A stretch of 41,232 bases of DNA from Octopus bimaculoides (GCF_001194135.2 NC_068999.1:12873869-12915100); one strand, 5' to 3'; counted from the first letter of the stretch, positions 11,380 to 23,574 are shown. Translations and numbers: made by a program. Notes: generated by a model from the sequence alone, not told the origin.

Positions 11380-11525
11380 TATTGCAGCGTGGCAGATGCG
11401 TGTAAACCATTCAAGAACACACAAATACCGTTAGTTTCACTTCAACATTATAGCTTCATTTTGTCAAAATAGTTTCGTCGCTTTTATGCCGCAACTTGTT
11501 CGCTGATGAATCTTCAGTGAACAGC
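11380..11525 (-). mobile_element. Interspersed repeat remnant with a hammerhead-like motif (11462-11507), possibly Penelope-like
   Basis: The minus strand reads TCA-GCGAACA-A-GTTGC-GGCATAAAA-GCGAC-GAAA-CTATTT-TGACA. Classification is inferred from architecture only. Confidence 0.35.
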
Positions 11526-13148
11526 GCGCGCATAAACTCACACACACACGCGCGCACGCACGCACACATACATTAATTGCCCTTTAACTTGAGTGGTGTA
11601 TGTGTATCTATGCGTTTGTCTGTGTGTGTGCGCGTCGCTGTTGAAGTTGTGCTTGGCATATATGAATAAAGTGCAAGTTTCGAGCTTCAACTTTCTGAAC
11701 TCTTCTCACAAGTATCCCGCATTCAAAACTTATACGTGCATTTAAAAGAAAATCCTTTCAATAAATAGTGTTTTTACAAGTCATGACCAGGGTTCAATGA
11801 ATAAATGAGGAACCAATGCATTGCAGACAATGTATAATACAATTTGGAACACTGCAACGAATCATGCATGCCTAAAACGAAAACACAGCTACGGTGCACA
11901 CAACGCTTAATTCATTCGTACGTTAGGATCGCTTGACCAAATTTTTTGGCAACATGGTAGATAATGTAGGAAGGAGCACACGTTTCCAAGTAGAGAAGTG
12001 AAGGTTACGTAATTTTATTTCTAAGTCAAACAAATCTGTAGAATAACTGGGAAAATTAATAGCTTATACAAAACGTGCAATAGTACCTTGAAGTAATTTA
12101 CTAATTAGAAGAGCGTTATACTTACAGGAAATTTGTAAACAATTAATGAATTTGAAGAAGTATGTTTACCCCACAGAACTAAATGAAAATAAATTAAAAG
12201 TAATTGCCTTTTGATTACCTTCATATATTTAGTGTTCTGCGCAAAGCTCTAAATTCTGAGTAAATCAATATACTCGAGCACCTATATAGTGAAATATATC
12301 GTCGTTACATTCTTAATATTTTATTTAGAACTGTATAAGTTCCCGAAAGCAGTTTGTCCAGGTATGCATGCATACATATATATAACAACATACATATATA
12401 CACACACACACAAACACACACACGATATTGCCAGATTTGATAAAAGTAAATTTGTAATGATCATAGCGGGTTAAATTTAAATACGGTTCAATCGCATCGC
12501 AAACAAATAAAAATATATTAGGCTATAACGTCGTATAGAAAAGGGAGTAACGTAAACTGTGATGGAGTCTGACCAAAACATCGCAGATGGTTAGAACGTT
12601 ATGCGTACTTTTGCATTACTTTCAGAACAGGAATAGTGTTTCTCTCACTTCACTTTTTCTGGGTTAATATTTATTATATATGTTAATGAATACATATACA
12701 CCCATATGTGTGTATACATATATACATGTGCAGTCATACATATATACATGTATGAGCGCGACTGGTCGTATTAAATCACATATACATACTATGACTATAT
12801 AGGTGAACTTTATATATTGCGACACAATAATGATGGCATATTAAATTTTAATCTTTCAGAAAGTATGATTTAGGAATGCAATGATGGACAGATAAGAGGC
12901 TGCAAGCATAGTGATAAGAGATTAGTTGATAATACTTGAAGAAATACATACAAGTGCATATATTGAGCTTCTCACTATATATGCGTGTAGGTCTCCAATA
13001 ATTTTAAAGACTACCGATAGTTATGTTAATAGAATATTTTATACATTTTGTAACCATTTCTTTCAAAATTCAGACAAATATAGGAGGTATTGTGTGTGTA
13101 AGTATGCTTAAATACACACACCCGTGTATACGGATATGTATACAAACA

Positions 13149-13189
<41 letters not shown>

Positions 13190-14940
13190 ACATGTATATA
13201 TCTATATGTATATACATATGCATATATATANNNNNNNNNNNNNNNNNNNNNNNNNNNNNNNNNNNNNNNNNNNNNNNNNNNNNNNNNNNNNNNNNNNNNN
13301 NNNNNNNNNNNNNNNNNNNNNNNNNNNNNNNNNNNNNNNNNNNNNNNNNNNNNNNNNNNNNNNNNNNNNNNNNNNNNNNNNNNNNNNNNNNNNNNNNNNN
13401 NNNNNNNNNNNNNNNNNNNNNNNNNNNNNNNNNNNNNNNNNNNNNNNNATATATATATATATATATACAGAACGAAAGAGAGGGAGAGAGAGAGCCACAT
13501 ACATACATACATACATACATACATACATACGTGCATATACATACATACATGTATATGAATAAGCAAAAAAGTTAATGGTGTCTCTTTGGTGGTCCCATGC
13601 TGGTGTCACCCACTACAGCTTCATGAGACCTGGTAAGTCAACTAAGTTGATGAAATGAAGAGTGAACTTGTTGACGATCTTGTAGAAATAAAGTACAGGA
13701 GACATTCAGTTCCAAATCGAACGTTTCATTCTTAATAACCTGATATAAAACTAAACATCTATGCATGCAACGGGCACAAATACTTTTATTATTCTGGTAG
13801 CTAAACGCAACGCATTTCTGTCATCCTATAAAGACATTAATATTTAGAGAAAAAATCGTATCGCAGTTTAATGAAAATCAATAAAGGAATGACTTCAAAG
13901 GAATTATATGCAATGCCTCTTCTGTGCATTAGATATCTTTTGCCATTTTCAGCATGTATAGAGAATTTTTCCTTCGGGATCATAGCTAAAGACTTTTCCA
14001 TGAACTTCTATGATCAGAGAATCAATCTCTATCGAAACTGTTTCAAATAACAATTGCACAGATTTAATTAGTTGAAAAGAAATTGTGAATTGAAGGAACT
14101 TTACCAGCGTGCTGTGGTTTAGTGTTTGACTTCAATTAAACCTAAGCATATAATGCAACGTGGTAGTCTAATGCAAGTAAACAGTACTTTGTGCAGCAAC
14201 TATATAGTTAAACAGAACATAATATGTGTATGCATAAATATATATATATATATATANNNNNNNNNNNNNNNNNNNNNNNNNNNNNNNNNNNNNNNNNNNN
14301 NNNNNNNNNNNNNNNNNNNNNNNNNNNNNNNNNNNNNNNNNNNNNNNNNNNNNNNNNNNNNNNNNNNNNNNNNNNNNNNNNNNNNNNNNNNNNNNNNNNN
14401 NNNNNNNNNNNNNNNNNNNNNNNNNNNNNNNNNNNNNNNNNNNNNNNNNNNNNATATATATTTCACCTTTTCGATATCAGTGAAGAATTTCACTGGAAAA
14501 GTAGATATTAGATTGCCCAAATTTTATCTCTCTCATCAAAGATCAGTGGCTATCGGACGCCGACGGAGGGAAATATCCCTGAAACCCGAGTCCGTTCGTG
14601 CTACAGATCATGATGGGAGGGATAACTTCCCTTGTCAAACAAGACACAGTAGTGTGTCGATAAGCCAGCTGGAGGAGATGTCCTCCTGGGGCTAAAAGTA
14701 CCAACTCGATAGACGCAAGAGTTCAGTCAGTTTCGTGGCTGATTTGAGGATTTTGACACTTTGTCCTAACAAGCAAGTACTTCCTGTAAACTGTGTTATA
14801 ATTGTGCATTACTTATACAATTTTATTGATTAGTCATTAACGTCATTATTGCTTGCTACCACTAATACTATTGTTATTAATAATTATTTATATTTACTGC
14901 TAATGATAATAATATCAATAATAATTATATATAATATTCA

Positions 14941-15062
14941 TTTCATATTTTGGTACAAACCCACCCAGCAACATTAAGGGAGGGTTAAGTCGATTAAACC
15001 GACCGCCACAGTTTTACAATAGTACGCATGTTATGAACCCCAAAGAGATGGCAGGCAATTTC
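14941..15062 (-). mobile_element. SINE 3' fragment
   Basis: AAGTCGATTAAACCGACC..AGTAC..ATGAACCCCAAAGAGATG is similar to the SINE copies at 40500-40565 and 23590-23660. Confidence 0.55.
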
Positions 15063-17879
15063 TACAGTGTTTTCTATTATATTGCGATATGTTACGTAAA
15101 CTATCGTGAAATAGATTTTGAGGATTCTTTACTAAATCTTGTCCAGTGGTTCACTCACACAAGCTCTCTCACCAAAATGATAGCCATATATATTTCAAAT
15201 ATCATTTAATAACTGCATAATATATACATTAAACTGGTAAATGGCACACGTATTAGTTCTTAATTTTAAAATAAATTTATGGATTTTGAAAATTACTCAT
15301 GTCATTAAAGTTCGTCGAATGGGTTCTCAGTTTTGAAACAAGTTCTGAGCGCCGCCATTCAATCAATGTTCTTAGATTGAAGATTAGGTACACGAAGGAT
15401 CTCAAACGCAAATGAGTTCATTTAACAGAAAGAAAGAGTGATGTAAGATAAAGAGATATCTATAGTGTTGATTAAGATATACATCAGCTTATTTAGATAA
15501 AGTTATCAGAGAACCAAGACAAAAGGAGGAATTAATAGACAAGAGAGTTATGACTGCATTTTTATCGTTATAACTGTATCAATTTATTTTGTAACAAAAA
15601 CTCATTTTAGATGTGTTACCAACTAAGAAGAATCTAGTGAATGATTTAATAATATTCAGGTCCATTGAAGTATAAGAATATAGAGAGCTTCAAAGATATT
15701 TGCTGCGAACAATCAACTATGACGGTTCAGTTGAAGTGAGGGAAAAGATAGGTGATATATGGGTGTGGGGGTGAGGGGTATCTATATATATGCACAAATA
15801 TATATATATATATATATANNNNNNNNNNNNNNNNNNNNNNNNNNNNNNNNNNNNNNNNNNNNNNNNNNNNNNNNNNNNNNNNNNNNNNNNNNNNNNNNNN
15901 NNNNNNNNNNNNNNNNNNNNNNNNNNNNNNNNNNNNNNNNNNNNNNNNNNNNNNNNNNNNNNNNNNNNNNNNNNNNNNNNNNNNNNNNNNNNNNNNNNNN
16001 NNNNNNNNNNNNNNNNNNNNNNNNNNNNNNNNNNNNNNNNNNNNNNNNNNNNNNNNNNNNNNNNNNNNNNNNNNNNNNNNNNNNNNNNNNNNNNNNNNNN
16101 NNNNNNNNNNNNNNNNNNNNNNNNNNNNNNNNNNNNNNNNNNNNNNNNNNNNNNNNNNNNNNNNNNNNNNNNNNNNNNNNNNNNNNNNNNNNNNNNNNNN
16201 NNNNNNNNNNNNNNNNNNNNNNNNNNNNNNNNNNNNNNNNNNNNNNNNNNNNNNNNNNNNNNNNNNNNNNNNNNNNNNNNNNNNNNNNNNNNNNNNNNNN
16301 NNNNNNNNNNNNNNNNNNNNNNNNNNNNNNNNNNNNNNNNNNNNNNNNNNNNNNNNNNNNNNNNNNNNNNNNNNNNNNNNNNNNNNNNNNNNNNNNNNNN
16401 NNNNNNNNNNNNNNNNNNNNNNNNNNNNNNNNNNNNNNNNNNNNNNNNNNNNNNNNNNNNNNNNNNNNNNNNNNNNNNNNNNNNNNNNNNNNNNNNNNNN
16501 NNNNNNNNNNNNNNNNNNNNNNNNNNNNNNNNNNNNNNNNNNNNNNNNNNNNNNNNNNNNNNNNNNNNNNNNNNNNNNNNNNNNNNNNNNNNNNNNNNNN
16601 NNNNNNNNNNNNNNNNNNNNNNNNNNNNNNNNNNNNNNNNNNNNNNNNNNNNNNNNNNNNNNNNNNNNNNNNNNNNNNNNNNNNNNNNNNNNNNNNNNNN
16701 NNNNNNNNNNNNNNNNNNNNNNNNNNNNNNNNNNNNNNNNNNNNNNNNNNNNNNNNNNNNNNNNNNATATATATATATATATATGTATGTATGTATATGC
16801 ATATATACACACATGTGCGTGTATGAGTGTGTATGCGTGTGTGTATTCATACACATATATATTTCAGACTTTTGAAGAAAATTTTCTTTCCACAGCATGA
16901 TATCATTCGATTGAACTTTGGCGATTTAAGATCTATATCACTATTTGCACGGAAATTTTGCAAGAATCGTCACTCTTAAGTCCACGCTCGTAGTTTAAAT
17001 TATTAATATACTGAATCAATCTATCAACCAATCAAATAATCTATCGATCGTATGCGTGTGTGGGGGAAATGTGCATGAGTGTGTGTTTGTGTCTGTTTGC
17101 GTGTGTATGTGAATGTGTGAGTGTTGGTGTGTGTGTGTTGTTCGTATATGTAACATGTGTAACAATATCTGATATGGGCGAGTTCCTCTCTGTTTAAATA
17201 TGATCTCGTGTTGAAAAGTAACGTTCACTTAAAACAAACGTTATTTGTATAATTCGCTATGATGCACATTATAACTAACGGCAAACGACATAAGCTTCTC
17301 ATATGTATTATATATACTGTTGGAACTTTCGTATTTGAAGAACACAGAAGTAGAATATAGGAAGAAGAGGGAGAGAGAGGGGGAGAAGAGAAAATGAATC
17401 AGAGATAGAGAGAGGCGGTGAGTGACAAACAAAGTAATATTCGGTAAGTGTAATTTCAGCTTCCGAATTTTTGATGTCGGTAAGTTTGCAATTTAACAAA
17501 ATTACGTTTGTATAAAATGAGCATGAAACGAAGCAGTCACTTCTAAATATTTACTTTGTTTAATATACATAGAAAGGAGGTAGAGGAAACTATATTTCAC
17601 ACAGACTACTCAAAGACTTACAATGCACTCTTCAGCAACTATTGAAAACAATTGAAAGTATTTGTATATCATTTCAATAATATTAGAAGTCAAATATTTC
17701 TTCAATAAATTTGCGAACGTATTTATTCATGTAATATGTGACCTACCATTTTCAGTTCAATCAGATTTATAATTTCCTTGATTGATTGTTTTCGTCAAAT
17801 CTCATTCACATTCACTTTATTTTATTTCTCATTCAATTAGCGTTGACATACAATAAAGATCAGTACGTTGTTGAACATG

Positions 17880-17933
17880 ATGCCACTAAGCATTTTGCCT
17901 GGTATGCTAACGATTCTTCTAGCGTACCGCCTT
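17880..17933 (-). repeat. 54-bp exact duplicate of the SINE head at 18186-18239
   Basis: ATGCCACTAAGCATTTTGCCTGGTATGCTAACGATTCTTCTAGCGTACCGCCTT is identical in both places, 306 bp apart. Confidence 0.9.
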
Positions 17934-17981
17934 CATAATAACAATAACAACAACAACAACAACACTAATGATGATGATAAC

Positions 17982-18037
<56 letters not shown>

Positions 18038-18039
18038 TA

Positions 18040-18239
18040 ATTTCTACACAATGCCTGACATTTTGAGGGTAGAGGTAAGTTGATTACATCGACCCAAGAG
18101 TTCCATTAGTTCCTTAGTTTACGAAAGAAACAAAGCCAAAGATGATCTCGGTGGAATTTGAACTCAGAGCGTAGAGATGGACGAAATGCCACTAAGCATT
18201 TTGCCTGGTATGCTAACGATTCTTCTAGCGTACCGCCTT
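18040..18239 (-). mobile_element. Full-length tRNA-derived SINE (same head family as 40275-40821)
   Basis: The minus strand AAGGCGGTACGCTAGAAGAATCGTTAGCATACCAGGCAAAATGCTTAGTGGCATTTCGTC..GAGTTCAAATTCC (B box)..GGGTCGATGTAATCAACTT is collinear with the 40750-40821 head and the 40500-40620 body. Confidence 0.85.
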
Positions 18240-18240
18240 G

Positions 18241-18276
18241 ACAATAACAATAATTACAACAACAACAACAATAATG

Positions 18277-18362
<86 letters not shown>

Positions 18363-18368
18363 AATAAG
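18241..18368. repeat. (AAC)/(AAT)n microsatellite; a similar tract lies at 17935-18035
   Basis: Direct reading. Confidence 0.95.
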
Positions 18369-18389
18369 GAGTCAATGAACTAGATAGGA

Positions 18390-18955
18390 TACAACATACA
18401 CAAATGAAAGAAAAAAAAAAGAAAGAGTACTATAGAGTACTAAAAACAGAGCTCAATGCTAAAAACAAGATAATGGGTATCAACACTTTAGCTGTCCCAG
18501 TTATAAGCTACAGCTACAACATCCTTAACTGGACACTAAACGAACTATGTAAAATAGACAGGAAAACAAGAAAAATAATGACAGGATATAGGATGCACCA
18601 CCCACAATCTGACATAGAAAGGCTAGGGTCTTATACAGCTAAACTAAATGCGAAAGAAATAGACAGAGAAAAATCCCAGCAATGGCTGAGAAGCTCAGGA
18701 CTCAAAGCAGAGACTGAATGATTTTTAATTGCTGCGCAAGACCAAAGGCTCCCCAACAGAAATTACCAAAAACACATAATGAAAAGAAATATAACAAGTA
18801 ACTGTAGAATATATGGAATCGACAAGAAACAATAAATCATATTATCTCTGGCTGCCCAGTCCTGGCTAAGAAGGAATATATTCACAGACACGACAGAGCT
18901 GGGACCTATATACACTGGAAGCTATGCCAACATTATGGAATAACAACAGAAAAAA
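18390..18955 (+). mobile_element. R4/Dong-type LINE fragment (RT thumb to CCHC zinc knuckle), internally deleted, running into a gap
   Basis: ORF 18404-18721 contains VLKTELNAKNKIMGINTLAVPVISYSYNILNWTLNELCKIDRKTRKIMTGYRMHHPQSDIERL..LKAETE. It continues *FLIAAQDQRLPNRNYQKHIMK..CR..ETINHIISGCPVLAKKEYIHRHD..YIHWKLCQHYG, matching motifs of R4-clade elements. Confidence 0.88.
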
Positions 18956-19330
18956 NNNNNNNNNNNNNNNNNNNNNNNNNNNNNNNNNNNNNNNNNNNNN
19001 NNNNNNNNNNNNNNNNNNNNNNNNNNNNNNNNNNNNNNNNNNNNNNNNNNNNNNNNNNNNNNNNNNNNNNNNNNNNNNNNNNNNNNNNNNNNNNNNNNNN
19101 NNNNNNNNNNNNNNNNNNNNNNNNNNNNNNNNNNNNNNNNNNNNNNNNNNNNNNNNNNNNNNNNNNNNNNNNNNNNNNNNNNNNNNNNNNNNNNNNNNNN
19201 NNNNNNNNNNNNNNNNNNNNNNNNNNNNNNNNNNNNNNNNNNNNNNNNNNNNNNNNNNNNNNNNNNNNNNNNNNNNNNNNNNNNNNNNNNNNNNNNNNNN
19301 NNNNNNNNNNNNNNNNNNNNNNNNNNNNNN

Positions 19331-19365
<35 letters not shown>

Positions 19366-19382
19366 TGATAATGATAATAATG

Positions 19383-19413
<31 letters not shown>

Positions 19414-19453
19414 CAACAATAATAATAATAATAACAACAACAACAACAACATC

Positions 19454-19552
<99 letters not shown>

Positions 19553-19600
19553 AATATGAATAATAAGAATAAAAACAATTAATAATAATGATAATAATAC
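19331..19600. repeat. Compound (AAT)/(GAT)/(AAC)/(AAG)n tract
   Basis: Direct reading. Confidence 0.95.
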
Positions 19601-19900
19601 TATCCTTATTGGCCACAAGAGCCGAACACAAAAACATATGGAGACACTACAAAAAACAAGGGACAAGTAGGGTTTAAAAAAAAACAGAATTGTGTAAAAA
19701 AATATTACAAAAAAATTAAATGAAAAATTCCGCAACAGGGATGAGGTCCACATTTGGCCAACCAGGGCACCCCGCACATCATTGTTACCACGTATGCCAG
19801 GTAGGCACCGCTATTCCGCTCAATTGCACCAACCTAGAGACGAATATTCATCGTAGGCAACATCAGAGTTAAAAATCTGCTGATGTCGGCTTTGCATATC
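19598..19900 (-). mobile_element. Probable 3' end of a non-LTR element sharing its tail with the SINE at 40435-40720 (possibly L1/Tx1-group)
   Basis: The + strand CCTTATTGGCCACAAGAGCCGAACAC..GGGACAAG resembles the SINE tail TTAATTGCCCACAAGGGGCTAAACA..GGGACAAAC. It abuts a (TTA)n tract and has a GC-rich upstream segment. No protein motif could be confirmed. Confidence 0.4.
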
Positions 19901-20560
19901 ATTTCGGAGTCTAAGAAATAAATACAAATTGAGCATTGAAGTCGGTGTGATCGACTACAAATAGAAAAACAAATGGATGGACCTATGCTTATAGAAGAAA
20001 CAATTATTATAGAATTATAGAGAGCTTCAGAGGTGAAACATTTTGGAACATTCCTGCCGGATCTAATTGTTCTGTGTTCGAATTTCATCGTTATCGGTCT
20101 TGTCTTTCAACGTTTCAAGATGGATAAAGAGACTTCCTTTTACACACTAAGATCGATGCAACAGATTTGCTCCCTCCTTTAAAAGGTTTTTCGATTTCTT
20201 CTCCCTCTGCCAAAATTTGAAACGGAGAAGCTGTTTTGATCACCTAAAGACATTGAGTGAAATCATTGATGGCGTTACATCATTTCCTTTTCCATTGTAT
20301 GATTTCATATGAAGAACAATTTCTTATCGAGCCAAAGCTATGATTACAAATAACGTGATCCACCTAATCACTTTAAAACTTTGTTGATGCTATAGTGGGT
20401 ATTACTACACATTCCCTAGCGTTTCTGTGATTCGGAATCGCCTAATCATATTCTTGACTCAAGTAGACAATTACAGAGACACGCACACGAATAAATACAT
20501 ACATGCATACATATACACTTATATATGTCTACATTTTCACTCTCCCTCTTTGTGTGTGTT

Positions 20561-20599
<39 letters not shown>

Positions 20600-20711
20600 G
20601 TATTTATCTGTAAACATATGTGACACTTATTCAGTAACCATGATACAATTCCGAGTTTCGGATGCCAGGGTGGGAACCCACGACCACATCTCTTCAGTTA
20701 TCCGACCAATA

Positions 20712-20740
20712 CGCCTTGGGCAAGTGTCTTCTACTATAGA
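20712..20740 (+). mobile_element. SINE central-core fragment
   Basis: CGCCTTGGGCAAGTGTCTTCTACTATAG is a CORE-like motif also seen degenerate at 3540-3567 and 6403-6422. Confidence 0.6.
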
Positions 20741-21029
20741 TAAATACAGAGAACAATAGATACTAAGTTAAGTAGCTAGATAAATAAAAGGATCACACAC
20801 ACACGCACACAGACACACACACACACACACATATATATATTTGCATGTATGTTTGTATATAAACATACGTGTATGTCTGTGTGATGGTGGATGATATTTA
20901 AACCATTTGGTTGGGAAGTTCATTGTCGTGAGTTGTCACTCCTTATATGTTATACCCCAGCGATGAGATAATACATTAGACCGAATCTACTACACTTTAT
21001 TTCAATTTTCATTCATGTTTTTTTTTCAG

Positions 21030-21105
21030 ATATTTATGCTCTCGTGATTTTCATAATGATACATCCTGTTCAACCAACTCGGACTCCACAGCTGACGATA
21101 TTTAA
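21030..21105 (+). CDS. Terminal coding exon (phase 2 start): (R)YLCSRDFHNDTSCSTNSDSTADDI*
   Basis: Very strong acceptor TTCATGTTTTTTTTTTCAG|. The frame continues from the 8172 donor. The stop is TAA at 21103-21105, with AATAAA downstream at 21411-21416. Confidence 0.6.
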
Positions 21106-21410
21106 GGCGTTGAGCAAGCAACCGATTTGTAGCAAGACTGTAAATGTAGTTGTATGAGTCGATAGGTTTGCATGCGTCTGTTTGTTTATGTGAGTGCCTG
21201 TGCCTGTGTGTGCGCTTGTGTGTGTGCGTCTGTGTGTTTCTGTTGTACTAGTGTACATATATGAATTTATACACACAATCACATACCTGCACGCACACAT
21301 AAATTTGTCCACATCGAAACCAGAAAACATACTTGCGTACATTTATACGTGCATTTTTGCATGCGTACACATGTATATAAGCCGATATTATATTTGATTT
21401 ACATATAGAT

Positions 21411-21416
21411 AATAAA
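21411..21416 (+). terminator. Candidate polyadenylation signal (AATAAA) for the + strand gene
   Basis: First AATAAA after the putative stop at 21105. The hexamer is common in this AT-rich DNA, so support is weak. Confidence 0.3.
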
Positions 21417-23184
21417 CCAGATGTGAGATAATTCATTCATGTTGTATATTTTGTTTCCATTATATCATACAACACTACTGCAGATATCTAATCAGAACAG
21501 GTCTAACACCATTATACTATTAAATTTTCGGAGATACTTACCGTTATTTTTATTTTTCAAATTAACATAGGTGTGGCGAAAATGTCTGCTTCGCCAAATA
21601 CGTCTTTTATTTCGGATAAAACTATTGTCATAGCTGCTTATTTAAATATTTTGCCAATAGCGTCTTTCTATATTATTCGTAAACAGTACATTCATTATTT
21701 TCATTTACGCTTACCGATTGATTTACCCTATAGTTTTAGGTTTCAAAGAGTTTATAATTATATTGGCTTTGTATCACTTCCAGAGATGAAAATAAAAACA
21801 ATACAGAAATTTAAAATCAATAAGTACTATTCTCTACAATTTCATGTCGCTATACCTGGATTTATGGCAAAGCACGCGTGACTGGGGAACTTCTTAACAA
21901 TGCACAATACATTGTGGAAAGTCGAAAACTATGGTGTTCTATTTCGCTATCATCGGTTTCAACCCACAATATATCGATCGAGAAGTAACAACAATGAAAC
22001 GCCCACAAGGTTGAGAACTCGACGTGGTTTTAATTCATTTTTAAAGCAATAATACTTGCATTCTGTTAATGATATTCTGAGAAAAGAATTGCCATCACAC
22101 ACACAATTCCCTACCTTCGAACCTGAAATACAAATAATAGTTGCCATGCGATAAATATTAATTTACCTGAAGGAATTGGGGGAGACCGTAAATTGTATTT
22201 CTTAACTGTGTTCACGACCTAGATTAAGGTTTACAATGAATTATTAGAATTCGTTGAAGATGACTTGCTGCCAACTAAATTCTTAGTATACAATATTGTA
22301 ACTTGCAATGTGTGCGTCCCTAAAAATTCATGTATTCCATTGTTAAGTTCTGCCGTTGTACATCAAATCAAACGGAAATGAAAGATATATAAGGAAACGT
22401 CCACCGTATTCAACGAGTTAGCTTCGTGACATGCATGTTTAATGTATCATAGTACATTTAATGTTAGAAGACAAAAATAACTGCAAATGGAATTATGTTT
22501 AAAATACTTTAAAGTTGTCAGTAAATAATTTGTGTCTAGGTTCACATAATTTGAAAGTATGATCTCTATGATGATTATGAGATATGCTTGCACCATAAAA
22601 TGGCAAATTTCTCTTTTGCATACTAAATATACGCAAACTAACATATACTAAGATTTATTTTAAGAAGGTTGTAACATGTAACAATATACTGGTAGATATC
22701 GATATCTGTTCATTACATATGAGATAGAGTGACAGGAAATGTAAGTGAAAGAAGCTAATTTGAACAGAACACTAAATTTTACAGAAATGTCCTTTCTATT
22801 ATAACCATAAGACTTTAAACTTGAGGGTGGGGATCTAACCGGAAGAAATACTAATGAGTGTTTTCTGCAGTCAGGTAATGGTTCGACCAGGTGACCGACT
22901 TCAGCAGAAATAAGAAAGATACAAGTTATTCACACAAGACGGAAGTGATATAAATGAAGAAAGATATTGTTTATTCCCGGATTACTTTTTCAACTTAAAA
23001 TAATGGCATTCATTACGTTTGAAAATCGCCCAACTATCTCTTATCATACAACAGTGTAGCTTACCCAAGTTTCTGAGCGAAATTGATAATTGTACTTAAG
23101 TCTGTCAGTTGTATGTTCACAATAACGGACAGGGAGTTTCTCAGAAAATTCTTCACACACCTTCTGTTTCATTGTTAAATTCAT

Positions 23185-23425
23185 AGGTATGTGACTTACT
23201 TGCTACGGGATTCGTCCCACGATCACCGACTCATGAGTTCATTTCCTGGTGGCATGTTGTATGCTTGGGTAAGACACTTTATTTCACGTTGGTCCAGTCG
23301 ACTCAGCTGGCAACATTGAGCAGTAACTGTATATGAAATTGACAACCTTGTCACATTCTGTGTCACCCTGAATCTCCTTGATCTAATAAAGTGAACCCTC
23401 GTCGTTGTAGCCGACAGAGGTCCAG
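23185..23425 (+). mobile_element. Degenerate tRNA-derived SINE related to 39813-40140
   Basis: Core-like GCTTGGGTAAGACACTTTATTTCAC. The segments ACCTTGTCACATTCTGTGTCACCCTGAATCTCC and AACCCTCGTCGTTGTAGCCGAC match 39975-40010 and 40100-40122. Confidence 0.7.
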
Positions 23426-23574
23426 GTCTGTTTATATGTTCCTGGCTAATATTCTACTACTTATATGTCATTCGTTGTACAGCAAAAACCTATAGGGGAG
23501 CACTAAATTATCATCACTTAAATAGAAAGATGAGCCATTTACTTCAAAAACTTATTTAACATTTTTTTTTTTAA

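Noticed and set aside
12126-12178. Minus-strand AG..GT pair enclosing 53 nt (LWGKHTSSNSLIVYKFP), phase-compatible with 33713-33838
   Set aside because: Very AT-rich, and such pairs arise by chance. It would require a 20-kb antisense gene overlapping the + gene with no other support.
13619-13632. Possible 14-nt microexon (CAG|CTTCATGAGACCTG|GTAAGT) in the long intron
   Set aside because: Good donor but no polypyrimidine tract, and inclusion would shift the frame.
21574-21598. 7-bp hairpin TGGCGAA..TTCGCCA and a nearby minus-strand donor-like ACG|GTAAGT at ~21540
   Set aside because: Too short to distinguish from chance, and no SECIS, histone stem-loop or other known motif.
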